From NCBI RefSeq assembly GCF_009914755.1, contig NC_060926.1: a stretch of 64,000 bases of DNA; one strand, 5' to 3'. The stretch is from the human T2T-CHM13v2.0 reference genome, Homo sapiens. A program made the position numbers and the translations under genes. Shown piece by piece: positions 1-17,221 of the stretch (within the stretch, counting starts at the first letter, position 1; the number at the start of each line of letters is the position of its first letter). The notes under the pieces are model-generated. The model did no database searches. It was not told the DNA's origin and saw nothing but the letters and a program-made list of their open reading frames with translations.

Positions 1-258
<258 letters not shown>

Positions 259-1213
259 TTATTTGAATCCTATAATTTACCATTACTACAAAACAAATGT
301 TCTATCCTTTGGAAGAAATTAGTAAATGGGAGAATTTTCTTTAACTTTGAAAAATTTAATCTAGTATTTAACTGATGTACTATATTTGCTCAATTAACTG
401 TCACCTGACTTAATTTCCTTCTAGAAAACAGTGACAAATTGTATTTATCAGAGAGAGAAAGGGAGAGCCCTGCTAACCAATTAGGAATAAATTTTCAAAA
501 TTAAACATTTTTGATTTGCAGTTTTATTTTTGTACAAGCTTTCATGTAGAATATGATTATTTACCTTCCTCTGACTATGAAATGGCATTTAAATTTTACA
601 CATGAAGTAGAAGCACATGCAAACACAGGCTAGTCATGAAAGATACCCTACTCTGAATCAGCCCATTGGGTGTTTAAGAAAAAAAAAATGCTGAGTAAAC
701 CATTTTGTCCTCAAAATGGGTAGTATTAAAGCCAGCAAGAATGGTATGGCATGAATCATAACTCAGTTTTTTAAAGTGTTATGGTATATCTTGTCTAGAG
801 AGTATTTCTGGTTGCTTAGAGCATATTTGAAGATAATTCTATTACATATGCATTTGGATGCAGCTATGCTCTTGGGATGACTGGACTAGAAACACACAAA
901 CTATTATTATTTTAATGAGGCAGGCTTTATTTTAAAATATACAAAATTGGAATAATTGCCTAAGTTATTTCTATATATCATTTGGAATACTAAACTCGTA
1001 TATCTTGGTTCTTGGATTTGAAATTGCACTTTAGGTGAAATGGAAATAAACTGCCATGAAAACAAAATCTGTAAACAGATTATTAGACATAGACAATATC
1101 TCAGAATTAAGGCATTGTTTTGGAAAAGGTGATTTAAACCCATGAATATTGAAAGAAGAGAGATTAACATGCTTGTGGTGGTGATACAGTGCATGAGCAC
1201 AGCCATTGCACAG

Positions 1214-1348
1214 CAGTGGTAGAGAGTTGTGGAACGGTTGGCATGTGCAACATTCTCAGCCAGCTCTGTCAATTAGAGCAGATTCTGACTGACAAACTGT
1301 GGTGTGCCCATGTGGCATGGAACACTTACTCCAACAGCTGTCCCACTG
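1214..1348. mobile_element. Degenerate palindromic element, probable old DNA-transposon MITE (family unassigned)
   Basis: CAGTGG start / CCACTG end followed by TA; inner inverted repeat TGTCAATTAGA (1267-1277) / TCTGACTGACA (1284-1294). Confidence 0.4.
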
Positions 1349-2944
1349 TACACTTGTGAATCAACATGTAACTGTTTTCATCATGTTCTAAAGTGACTAA
1401 TAGATGTATATTACCCATCATGACCAACCTTTTGATTTGTATAGGTTGATATTAACCCTTTCTTAAATTTTTGAATTGGAATAATCAGCTAGCTTATTGT
1501 CTGTGGAGAACAACCACCAGTACTGACAAGACCTCCCTAAAGTCACATCACAGAACTTTGAAGTCACTGCAGTCCTGAGCCTGTCCTCAGTTTTACAGTT
1601 CTCAGAACCTGGAGTAATATATAAACCAGAACACAAATTTATTAATTCATAATTATCAAAATGTCCATATTTGCCAAGTACACTTCTCCTTTCTAGGATC
1701 AGGTGACTGTTGCCATTGTGAACTTAGAATCTTGTCAAAGGTGAAGATGTGTTTGCAAGAAGAGTTCATCTCAGGACCATCTCTGTCCCTGAGAGCAAAG
1801 ATCCTTCTTGTAATCTCACTTGTTTTTACTTCTCTGGGGAGGGCAGGAATCTGGGTTTTCCTTTTCTGTGTTTCATACTAACTATCCTCTTCTCTAATTA
1901 TGACAGCAATCACATGTGATAAGTCATAATCATAATCTGATTTTGGTCTACATGTTAAGAGTCTGTTCCTTGATGATAGGTTAGAGCTCTTGGGGGATAC
2001 TTTTACTGATTCTTAGTTTACGTCCACCCATTTCCGGTCTTATCCTCATTTTATTGATTTTTCTGATTTTCTTCTCTTAGAAGCAGCCTTGTTTCCTTTC
2101 TCTTGAGGTTTTGAGGAGCAGCTCCCTGATGCATCTGCCTGTGAGGATACTGAGGCGAGCAGGATGGCAATACCCGAGTACATCTTCCTAGTGTCCTTAA
2201 GTAGCCCACTTGGACAAGGAAGGACAAGGTTTCCTAGGATTCGATTTAATGATTGTATCCCCCAGGGATTTGGCACATGAAGGAGAGAAGAATCATTCTT
2301 TTCTTTTGCAGATGTTGGAGATTTCTTCTTTTTGATGTCTTTAAAGTCTTCTTTTCCTCACAGTTGCTTCCTAGCTCCTCACCGGGCTTTCCAGACATTT
2401 CCCCAGTACTCCTAAGTTGACACCATCTAACTTTTACTCTCCTGACTCCAGGTCACATTACCACCTTCACTGGGACCAGTGACACCTCATTCAGTTTGAC
2501 TCTTTGCCTCAACTTTCACCGTCATCTTAGGCAAATTTAAAGGCTGTGGAGACAATCCATGTCTTTATTTGCACTTACTATTGTTCCTTCGTCTTCTCAT
2601 CTCCAGAGTTTTCTTTCTCTTTTTCTCCCCCACCCCGCTTCCACCCCAATTTTAGACTGTTGGCATTCTCTGAACACAGCACGCTGTGGTGTTTTATGCC
2701 TCTCTGTCTTTGTAGTAAGTCTCATCTTCCCTGACGACCCCGCTCTCCCATGCGAAGTTGAGCTCCCCTCACTTCTGTGGTGGTAGATTTTATGCTTGTT
2801 TACTCTTGCATTTATCACACTATTTTTACTCCTTTGTTCCTGCTAGACAGCTCTTTCAGCATCATAATGGCCACAAAACCTAACACCATCTGGTGTATAA
2901 ATGTGTTTTCATTGAAAACACAGATATGTTGTCATATCTTCCCT

Positions 2945-3060
2945 CAGTTTGTTTCATGCTCCCATTGAACAAACACTTTTGAATACCTACTGTGTTTCAG
3001 GCACTTTCTGGATCTGCTGAGAATGCAGTGGCAATCCAGATGAAAAGAGTCCCTGCCATT
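2945..3060 (-). mobile_element. L2 3'-end fragment
   Basis: CATTGAACAAACACTTTTGAATACCTACTGTGTTTCAGGCAC resembles the reverse complement of the L2 3' terminus; boundaries approximate. Confidence 0.6.
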
Positions 3061-3420
3061 ACTGAACCAAGAGCGTATGGTTAGATTGCAGAAAAGTAAA
3101 TAAGTTATCATCCAGTCCATTGCGTTCTCCATCTGTGATCAACAGAACTCTAGAAACTTTATAGTGGTTGTTATTTTTTCTTGTACTTTCTTCAAAAAGC
3201 TGTTTGGAGATGTTAAGTGTGAAAATTTGTCTCCTTGAAAACGAAATATAGTATTAAGCACACAGATTCTAAATGGAATAAAGGAGACTGAGAGATAACC
3301 ATCATTCCTCTATCCTGCTGAAGACCAGACAGAAAGAAAGGATGTTATCACAACTGAGAATCTATGGTACTTTTTAAAAAATATCTTTTAAAATCAAGAG
3401 GTTTTTTTTCTTTTACTCTA

Positions 3421-3807
<387 letters not shown>

Positions 3808-4126
3808 TCAATTTTTCTGATGTTATAATTCAAAACTGTTGACTTTGCTTTTTTTGCCTGTGCTTTCAGTAAAGTAACTTATAAATTAACGTCTGTCCTA
3901 AAATGGACATGTTTTAGGCTAATTGTTGTATAACCCAGATGGGGGAATTTATCTGTGCAACCAAAGTACCAGAGTGTACAGTATACCAAGGTCATTTCCA
4001 TGTGAGTGTTCATGAAATAAGCATGAAAAAACAGCTAAAACTTGCACCTGGCCTGGAGTAGGCTGGGCTTTTTTTCTGGAAAATCATTTATTCATTTACT
4101 TTCAAACTAAGTTGTCAAGAAATTTA

Positions 4127-4255
4127 AGCCTGGTATGGTGATGTGCATCTGTAGTCCCAGCCTACTTGAGAGTCTGAGGGCTCAAAAATTATTTGAGCCC
4201 AGGAGTTTGAGTCCAGCCTTGGCAACATAGCAAGATCCTATCTCTTGAAAAAAAA
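4127..4255 (+). mobile_element. FLAM (free left Alu monomer)
   Basis: Single monomer GCCTGGTATGGTG...TGTAGTCCCAG...TTGAGCCCAGGAGTTTGAGTCCAGCCTTGGCAACATAGCAAGATCC + A-tail. Confidence 0.85.
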
Positions 4256-4554
4256 GGAAAAGAAAATAATTGGTACTCAGCCTTCAGCAAAAACAGAATT
4301 TCATGTTTTTGGTGGCAGGAATCTTTATTGAAAAGAGCTTTAATTTTTCTGTACCATTTCTTAAAAGTATTAATGTTTTTCCTTAATAGATAAACATCAT
4401 TGGAAAAGCTGAGGAAAGCCAAATTGTGAAGGATGGAACAATGTCTCTTTCCATCTACATTTGCTCATGAATGATAATAATTATCATATTGTGGGATTTC
4501 CCAAAGTATGTTCCTCAGAATGTTAATAGATGATCCTCAAAAAAAATGGGGGTT

Positions 4555-4848
4555 GGCTGACCTGGTGGTGCACACCTGTAATCCTAACACTTTGAGAGTC
4601 TGAGGTGGGAAGATTGCTTGAGGCCAGGAGTTCAAGACCAGCCTGGCTAACATACTGAGACCCTGTCTGTACAGAAAATTTAAAAATGGGCTGGGCATGA
4701 TAGTGTGTGCCTATAGTCCTACCTATTAGAGAGGCTGAGGTGGCAGGATCGTGTGACCTAGGAGTTCAAGGCTGTAGTGAGCTATGATTGTGCCACTGTA
4801 CTCCAGCCTGGGTGACAGAGTGAGAATCCATCTTTTTTTTTTTTTTTT
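4555..4848 (+). mobile_element. AluJ with T16 in place of the A-tail
   Basis: AluJ-type GATTGCTTGAGGCCAGGAGTTCAAG and GGAGTTCAAGGCTGTAGTGAGCTATGAT; ends GAGAATCCATC+T16. Confidence 0.93.
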
Positions 4849-4954
4849 ATACACATGAGGGTCTCTGGTTAATAAATGTTGAGATGTAGGGTTAGGTGAG
4901 ATTAAACAGGTTCTTTTTTTCATGATTTCTCGGAGTCTTTATGATGCTCCACAC

Positions 4955-5117
4955 CAGTGCTTCTCAAAGCTGACTGTGTATACAAAACACTGGGGATCTG
5001 ACCCACATGTAAAGTCTGATTTCTTTGGTCTGGGGCAGGCCTGAAATTCTGCATTTCTTACAAGTTCCAAAGTGCAGCCTGCACAACTGGCACACAGATT
5101 ACACTTTAAGTAACAAG
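4955..5117. mobile_element. MER5B-like hAT-Charlie MITE
   Basis: CAGTGCTTCTCAAAG...GGTCTGGGGCAGGCCTGAAATTCTGCATTTCTTACAAGTTCC...CACTTTAAGTAACAAG. Confidence 0.75.
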
Positions 5118-5449
5118 ATTCTTAGGGATTTTTTAAGAGGAACCATGTTCTGCCACATTTCCCAGACTTGCTAACCATAGGAACCTCATTTTGAGATGCT
5201 GGAAGTTGTCCGTGGAGCACACTTTGAGAATTTTAAATTGAATCTTTAAAATTACACATGAATTAATGTATAATTTAAATAGAAATCTCATGCAGATCTT
5301 CTAGGTTATGATTGGCCGAACAGCCCCGTGTAAATCCCAAGACACTGAAAAAATCATTTAGCTAGTTCATGTAGAAAGAAAAACCAGTATGGGCTAAAAA
5401 GACAACCACTAGGTAAGATAGCAAGTACACTGGATTATATACTTTTCTT

Positions 5450-5749
<300 letters not shown>

Positions 5750-6199
5750 TACTTTTCTTATTTTTTAATAGACCTTATAAATATTGTTAAATATTCAAGT
5801 CTTTAAGCAATTTTACTTTGTTTTTATTGCCTCTAGTAATTCACATATAAATTGCCATATTTCTAAATCCCCATATGTGCTCTGCTAGTGATTTCATTAG
5901 TCTTTAATCTTTGTTAACACTAGCATTTGATATGAAAAACTAATGATGAAAACAAATCTTTTATTTAAACAGATTGAGATTTGATATGGTTTACCATACC
6001 CTAATTACAAATGACATAAAACAGCAGTCTAGGGAGGTTTTTAGAAATCTATTGAACCTAAAGCAAATTTTAAAATAAAAAAGCTGAATAAAATTAATTA
6101 CTATATTATAGATGGGCTTTTTCCCACCTGGGTTCTTCTGCCCCACCTAGAATAGTGTCTTCATTTATGCATTCCTGTTGAAACTCTTTTGAGCCCCTG

Positions 6200-6390
6200 C
6201 CATCTGTGTTTCACCTCTTATTTCCTCATTTATCTCACACTGCATTTTATTGTAGTTTGTTAATTTGTCTTGTGCCTTTTAGATTGTAAGTTGGATGGGA
6301 GTTCAGGGTCTTATTTATCTTTGTACTTTTACACCTGGTTTATAGTGTGGTTGGTACGTAAGTAGATCAATAATACATTAAATAAATAAT
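6200..6390 (+). mobile_element. L2 3'-end fragment
   Basis: AGATTGTAAG...CAGGGTCTTATTTATCTTTGTAC...GTAAGTAGATCAATAATACATTAAATAAATAA; boundaries approximate. Confidence 0.6.
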
Positions 6391-6406
6391 ATTGTTATAA
6401 GATAAT

Positions 6407-6723
6407 CCTGGGTAGTAGCACATTCCTGTGCTACTTGCACATACCTGTACTCCCAGCACTTTGAGAGGCCCAGGCGGGTAGATAGGTTGAGTCTGGGGAT
6501 TTGAGACCAACCCTGGGCAACATGATGACACCCCGACTCTACAAAAAAAAAAATGAAAATTAGCTCAGTGGTGTCGTGCCACTGTAGTCCCAGCTCCTCG
6601 AGAAGCTGAGCTGAGGATTGCCTGAGCCTGAGAGGTCAAGGCTGCAATGAGCTAAGATCCCACCACTGCATTCCAGCTGGGGTGACAGAGCGAGACCCTG
6701 TCTCAAAAAAAAAACAAAAGAAA
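6407..6723 (+). mobile_element. AluJ (diverged) with TSD
   Basis: Dimeric Alu with GAGGTCAAGGCTGCAATGAGC; TSD ATAAGATAAT at 6397-6406 and 6724-6733. Confidence 0.92.
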
Positions 6724-6819
6724 ATAAGATAATTTTGTACATCAGATATTATACTGAAAAAATAAGTTTAAAATTTTTTTCTGTATCCCCGTCATCTATC
6801 TTGATGGTTATTTCAGGTA

Positions 6820-7230
6820 GTATTGACTTATTCAGTGTGTAACAAGCCATCCTAAATCTCAGTGGCTCAAACAACAATGAGTTTTTAAGTTGGCAAGGAG
6901 GTTCTTCTGGTCTGGCCTAGGCTCAGTCAGGTGCCTGGAGTCAGCTGGTGACTAGGTCAGGGCAAGACTAAGAAGGCCTGTCTTACATATTCTGAGGTCT
7001 TGGCTCGAATGGCTGTGATTGCTGGGCTGTGTGTCCATAGCGTCTTTTAATCCCAAGTTACGTCACAGCTTAGTGATCTCAGGGTTTCAAAAGAAGCTGT
7101 TAGTCCTCTTAAGATTTAGCTTCAGATGTTGCACAAGATCACATCTGCCACATTCTGTGATCAAAGCAAGTCACATGGCCAGTCCCAGATTCCAGGGGTG
7201 GGGCAGTAGATGCTCCCTCCTCCTGCAATT
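6820..7230 (-). mobile_element. MLT1 (ERVL-MaLR) solo LTR, old subfamily
   Basis: TGTAACAAGCCATCCTAAATCTCAGTGGCTCAAACAAC and AAAGCAAGTCACATGGCCAGTCCCAGATTCCAGGGGTGGGG motifs. Confidence 0.7.
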
Positions 7231-9379
7231 TTGAGAGCAGCAAAATTGCAGTCACCTGGAATTACTGTCTACATATTTCTTCCCCCTGAGATAAATGAGA
7301 ACACTAGTGTCATTTCACTTTTATCAGCTCCTCACTCCTCTCATGTTGAGACTACACAGAAGGTATGTAGGTTTAATCTTCAGTTTTCCTAAATCATTTG
7401 CTTTGCACTGTTTCTTGTGTCCTAAACCTTCCTCTGTCATATTTGTTGTTTTGCTGCAGAATTTCCTTTTATTCAGCATTATGGTTGGGTGATTTTGGTT
7501 ACAGAACTTCCTTTTGTTGAAACAAATTCTCTGAGTCCTGGTATGTCCTAAAATACCCTTTATTTTGCCTTCATATTTGAATCATAATTTTTGGTCAGTA
7601 CTTGGAAGCTATTGATAAATCTATAATTGAGAAGGTGTCTGATGCTAATTTGATTTTATTTGCTTTTTCCACTATAGTAACATATATAATTTTTTCTTTA
7701 TCCTTGGAACCTAGAAATTTCAATGGCTTGGTCCAGATGTAGCTTGTTTCATTCATTTTATTCACTTATTGTCTCATTTTAAGTGATTTGTTTTCAGCTC
7801 TGGGAATTTTCATTTCTTCTTGTAGTATTTCTTCTTTTTTCTCTTTTCCAAGAACTTGGAGTAAACAGATGTCATTCCTGCATCTAAGCTCTAGTCACCA
7901 AACTGTTCTTTGATCTTTTTGTAAAATCTCTCTCTTTTTTTTTTTAATTGTTGTTTCTGAGAGAATTATTTAGGTCACTCTTATGAAATACTCTGTTTTT
8001 AAAAATTCATTTTGCTATTCATCTCACGATTAAGATTTCTTTTTTATCCTGTAGCTTTTTCTTCAAGGCTTCTGGCTGTTTCTCTTTCCTACTTACAGTT
8101 TTCAGTTTTAACACTAAGGATATTAGTTCTACCTGTTCCACTTTACTTTCTTCTGTTTGGGGAATTTGGTCCCCCCTGGGTGTCAGTGTCTGAGGCCTGC
8201 TCTGTCTGAATCTCTTCTCTGCCAGTGACAAAATGCTTGGGCACTTGCAGGGTAGGCGCTGACCACCCAGCTGCACTCTCTCTCCCCTTGATTATCCTGA
8301 CATTGGCCCCAGGCCTGAGAGCCTCAAGTCTGGGATATACCATACTCTGAACCTCGAGCTCTGTCACCCAATGCTCCATCCTCTAAAGCCAGCCTTTGCC
8401 TCTTTGTGTTATGGTTTCCTCTGGTTGCCTTACCAAAGGTCTATAGCAGTTATCTTTCTGACATTTTGGCACGCTGATGACATTTTTAAAATTTCTAGAC
8501 TGACTAATTTTCTTATCTTAAAAATGAGAAAATGCCTTTTCTATTATTTCATGGAGTTGTGAGTTGGAGAAAAGTTGAAATTTATGCTCATCTTGCCTCT
8601 TCATCCAGTTCCCCTCCATCAGAGTTTTAATTACATTCTTAACTCTATTGATTACCTCCATCCTATCTTTGTATACCCTTAACATTCCAGGTATAACTCT
8701 GAATTTGTCATGATTTTCATTTCGTCTCCTCCTAGCATCTATGGTGCTATAAAGGATCCTGAATCCTCAGAAAGAAAAAAAAAATGAACCCGTAGTACTT
8801 TTCAAAAAGATTTTCCTTTTTTCCTTCTTTCCTCTGTATAAGAAGTAAGATATTTTGGGGAAATGTTGAAAATGCCCATGTGTAATTCGTGTTTATCAAG
8901 ATAGAATTTCCAGTTTTCATTAACCATTTTGCAGTGCTTTCCTTGTGTTATAGGGGCAAGTCAATGCTGCATAAGGCCAGAGGAGCACCACTCACATAAG
9001 ACACAGTGTGAGCAGCCCAGGGTGCCAACAGTGTTGACTCTGGTGTTATATGTTAACCGTGTGTTTTATTTTCAAAAATCGTTATTGAATGTTATACAGG
9101 GCTGAGGGTATTATATTTTGCAACTTTAACCTCTTATTATTGAAGTGGATTCCTTCTAGGCATTTATACATCGTAAAATTATATTTAGTCTAGTTTTAAA
9201 ACCAGAAGTAGTTTAATTCTATTAAAAGTGAATAATCTTTAGTATTTAAGTTACTAAATACTATTCTATTTATCATCACTGAAATATTCTAAATTATTTG
9301 ATTTATAAACTTCGTCTAATACTGTATCATGTTTATTCCGCTATATTATTCTTTTTCCATTCTGTGAGAAAACTATGAA

Positions 9380-10175
9380 AGTACATAAAATATACATACA
9401 ATTAAAAATATTGAAAAGCAAGCACATCTATGTAAGTGCCGCCCATGTCGGGCTAGCACTTTAGAAGTTCTTCATGTGCCTCTCTGAGATCACAGCCCCC
9501 TCTCTCCACAGAGGTAGCCACTCCTCTGACTTTGGTGGTGGTCATTTCCTTGCCACCTATGCATGCGTTCTTAGTAAGCAGAGTTTTATTTTGCCTATTG
9601 TTGAAGTTTACATAAATGGAATCCCACTGTTTGTGTTCTTTTGCACCTTGCTTCTTTTATTCAGTATTACGGTTGACAGTCATCCTTGTTTTATAGAGCT
9701 TTGGTTCATTCATTTATTGCTGAAAGTGAAACACATTGAATGAATATATTACATTGTATTTATCCATTCTTCTGTTAATAGTCACTTGAGTTGTTAGCAA
9801 CCTATCGCCTTCACAAAGAGTGCTGCCTTGAACATATTTCTGTAACTCTCCAGATGCCTATGTACAAGAGTGTCTCTACTTAATCAGGAATGGAATTACA
9901 GGACTACAGAGTGTACATGTCATCAGCTGCACTAGATAATGCCAAAATGGATTCCAAGGAGTGGTTCCCATTTACACTGTCATCAGCAGCATGGGATAGT
10001 TACCATTATTCCAGGTCCTCACCAAAATTTGATACTGTTTTGCCATTCTGGTGCTTGTGTATTGACTACTCATTGCAGTATTAATGTTCATTTTTCTAAT
10101 TACTAATAAGGTTGAGAACTTCATTATTGGTCATCTAGATTTTCTCCTCTTCGTACAAACCTTTTGCTTAATTTT
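9380..10175 (-). mobile_element. Old L1M (L1ME/MC-like) 3' fragment
   Basis: TACATAAATGGAATC...TATCCATTCTTCTGTTAATAGTCACTTGAGTTGTT...TTTACACTGTCATCAGCAGCATG, typical antisense L1M 3' end. Confidence 0.7.
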
Positions 10176-11406
10176 TTTTACCAGATTATCTTGCAGTGAT
10201 ATTTCTAGTGAAAAATAAATTCATAATCAAAAACATTTAACTACTATGCATAGATTATTCTCTTGAACTACTATGCTGTTTGGCACAGAGCTCTCTTCTA
10301 AACAAATTCTTGCCAAGAAATTTGAATTATTTTATGAACCGCCTGATTAGAAGGTTAGTATGCAACTACCTCTAATCCTCCTAAAGAGTTGCAGCTTTTG
10401 GTTATGTTTCTATTTCTAGGATATTTTAAAAATATAACTGCAAAAAGTTTATCTGATACTCCTTTTAGAATTCTAGACTCGATACCATATGCTCCTGAAG
10501 ATGTTTAACTTTTCAGGCAAATTCTTAATTTCCTAGTACTTCATTCTTCTGCAATATCTGTTCCAGTTTCATTATAAGTAAAACAAAGAGGAACTTATGT
10601 TTGCTATATGATGATACTCCTAGCAATTTTTTCTACTTATTATTGTTAAAATATTTTGTTCATCTAATGCTTATTTTCTACACTTTTATCTGACATTAGT
10701 ATCTTTACATTTTGAATCAAATTTAAATATTCACACTTTCTTTAACCTTTATTTTTTATTAATTTGTTCTTAGGCATCATTATTTTGTCATATCAGTTTT
10801 GAAATTGTGTTTCTCATCAACATTTTTCTGAGTGTTCATAATGACAACTATATGTTATATTCCAGACAGCTAACTCAAGAAAGGAAAAATAACTGGAGTC
10901 CAACTTATTTTACTAAAAAGGTGAAATAAAGTGTACTTGGTATGCTTTCACCAAAAATTATTAGTAAGGCGAGTAGAAGGGAATTAAGTAGAGAAAAATC
11001 CAGTATTTAGTTGATTTGCCATCTCTGGAAGATTTAAGACAGATGATTTTGTGGACTATTATCAGCTCTGGTAAAAGAGATTACATATATATTGAATAAT
11101 AGGTTACACCTATATATTACATCTATAATATGCCAAGAAAACCTTCAGAAGTCATACTAGAGTATATGTGGTCTGCAGCCTTGAGCAGAAAAATTGCCTG
11201 TTAATCACTGATAGTTGAATATAAGATTAAGATACATACATGCATACACAATTATACTGCCAGTTTCACATATGAGCCTCTTTGTGTTCAATAAAGATTG
11301 TGATGAAAATGCACAGCTGTCCATAGTGAACCCTCCTCTAAAACATGTTTTAGAAGCCTCAAAAGAATTCAGTCTAATGGTATGATTTTAAAAAAAGAGA
11401 CCTGGA

Positions 11407-12315
11407 GGGGGAGGAGCCAAGATGGCCGAATAGGAACAGCTCCGGTCTACAGCTCCCAGCGTGAGCGACGCAGAAGACGGGTGATTTCTGCATTTCCATC
11501 TGAGGTACCGGGTTCATCTCTCTAGGGAGTGCCAGACAGTGGGCGCAGGCCAGTGGGTGTGCGCACCGTGCGCGAGCCAAAGCAGGGCGAGGCATTGCCT
11601 CACCTGGGAAGCGCAAGGGGTCAGGGAGTTCCCTTTCCGAGTCAAAGAAAGGGGTGACGGACGCACCTGGAAAATCGGGTCACTCCCACCCGAATACTGC
11701 CCTTTTCAGACCGGCTTAAAAAACGGCGCACCACCAGACTATATCCCACACCTGGCTCGGAGGGTCCTACGCCCACGGAATCTCGCTGATTGCTAGCACA
11801 GCAGTCTGAGATCAAACTGCAAGGCAGCAGCGAGGCTGGGGGAGGGGTGCCCGCCATTGCCCAGGCTTGCTTAGGTAAACAAAGCAGCCTCAAAGCTACA
11901 ACTGGGTGGAGCCCACCACAGCTCAAGGAGGCCTGCCTGCCTCTGTAGGCTCCACCTCTGGGGGCAGGGCACAGACAAACAAAAAGACAGCAGTAACCTC
12001 TGCAGACTTAAATGTCCCTGTCTGACAGCTTTGAAGAGAGTAGTGGTTCTCCCAGCACGCAGATGGAGATCTGAGAACGGGCAGACTACCTCCTCAAGTG
12101 GGTCCCTGACCCCTGACCCCCGAGCAGCCTAACTGGGAGGCACCCCCCCCAAGCAGGGGCACACTGACACCTCAGACGGCAGGGTATTCCAACAGACCTG
12201 CAGCTGAGGGTCCTGTCTGTTAGAAGGAAAACTAACAAACAGAAAGGACATCCACACCGAAAACCCATCTGTACATCACCATCATCAAAGACCAAAAGTA
12301 GATAAAACCACAAAG
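11407..12315 (+). promoter_or_regulatory. L1 5'UTR internal sense promoter and antisense promoter; CpG-rich, YY1 site intact
   Basis: AAGATGGCC YY1 motif at 11419-11427; high CpG density relative to the flanks; promoter function is established for the family, not shown for this copy. Confidence 0.85.
11642..11857 (-). CDS. L1 ORF0 (71 aa), reading frame intact
   Basis: MAGTPPPASLLPCSLISDCCASNQRDSVGVGPSEPGVGYSLVVRRFLSRSEKGSIRVGVTRFSRCVRHPFL*; ATG is the complement of CAT at 11855-11857; expression unknown. Confidence 0.8.
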   Translation of the reverse strand: MAGTPPPASLLPCSLISDCCASNQRDSVGVGPSEPGVGYSLVVRRFLSRSEKGSIRVGVTRFSRCVRHPFL

Positions 12316-13330
12316 ATGGGGAAAAAACAGAACAGAAAAACTGGAAACTCTAAAACGCAGAGCGCCTCTCCTCCTCCAAAGGAACGCAGTTCCTCACCAG
12401 CAACAGAACAAAGCTGGATGGAGAATGACTTTGACGAGCTGAGAGAAGAAGGTTTCAGACGATCAAATTACTCTGAGCTACGGGAGGACATTCAAACCAA
12501 AGGCAAAGAAGTTAAAAACTTTGAAAAAAATTTAGAAGAATGTATAACTAGAATAACCAATACAGAGAAGTGCTTAAAGGAGCTGATGGAGCTGAAAACC
12601 AAGGCTCGAGAACTACGTGAAGAATGCAGAAGCCTCAGGAGCCGATGTGATCAACTGGAAGAAAGGGTATCAGCAACGGAAGATGAAATGAATGAAATGA
12701 AGCGAGAAGGGAAGTTTAGAGAAAAAAGAATAAAAAGAAATGAGCAAAGCCTCCAAGAAATATGGGACTATGTGAAAAGACCAAATCTACGTCTGATTGG
12801 TGTACCTGAAAGTGATGGGGAGAATGGAACCAAGTTGGAAAACACTCTGCAGGATATTATCCAGGAGAACTTCCCCAATCTAGCAAGGCAGGCCAACGTT
12901 CAGATTCAGGAAATACAGAGAACGCCACAAAGATACTCCTCGAGAAGAGCAACTCCAAGACACATAATTGTCAGATTCACCAAAGTTGAAATGAAGGAAA
13001 AAATGTTAAGGGCAGCCAGAGAGAAAGGCCGGGTTACCCTCAAAGGGAAGCCCATCAGACTAACAGCAGATCTCTCGGCAGAAACCCTACAAGCCAGAAG
13101 AGAGTGGGGGCCAATATTCAACATTCTTAAAGAAGAATTTTCAACCCAGAATTTCATATCCAGCCAAACTAAGCTTCATAAGTGAAGGAGAAATAAAATA
13201 CTTTACAGACAAGCAAATGCTGAGAGATTTTGTCACCACCAGGCCAGCCCTAAAAGAGCTCCTGAAGGAAGCACTAAACATGGAAAGGAACAACCGGTAC
13301 CAGCCGCTGCAAAATCATGCCAAAATGTAA
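12316..13330 (+). pseudogene. L1 ORF1p (RNA-binding chaperone), frameshifted near the C-terminus
   Basis: MGKKQNRKTGNSKTQSASPPPKERSSS...; 2-nt loss near 13133 (TTAAAGAAGAATTTT vs consensus TTAAAGAAAAGAATTTT) gives a stop at 13185; native TAA at 13328-13330. Confidence 0.95.
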
Positions 13331-13366
13331 AGACCATCGAGACTAGGAAGAAACTGCATCAACTAA

Positions 13367-17221
<3,855 letters not shown>

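Larger units (their letters stand above)
4493..5230. mobile_element. hAT-Charlie-type MITE (MER112-like), interrupted by AluJ and MER5B-like inserts
   Basis: TTTCCCAAAGTATGTTCC...TGTTAATAG left end, GGAGCACACTTTGAGAA right end; collinear with the uninterrupted copy at 58462-58762. Confidence 0.6.

Noticed and set aside
907-1272. 121-aa minus-strand ORF
   Set aside because: Non-ATG start, hydrophobic low-information translation of AT-rich DNA, no recognisable domain
2046-2400. Lys-rich minus-strand ORFs as a possible retrocopy
   Set aside because: Frames close within 50-76 codons, no recognisable protein, no poly(A) or TSD
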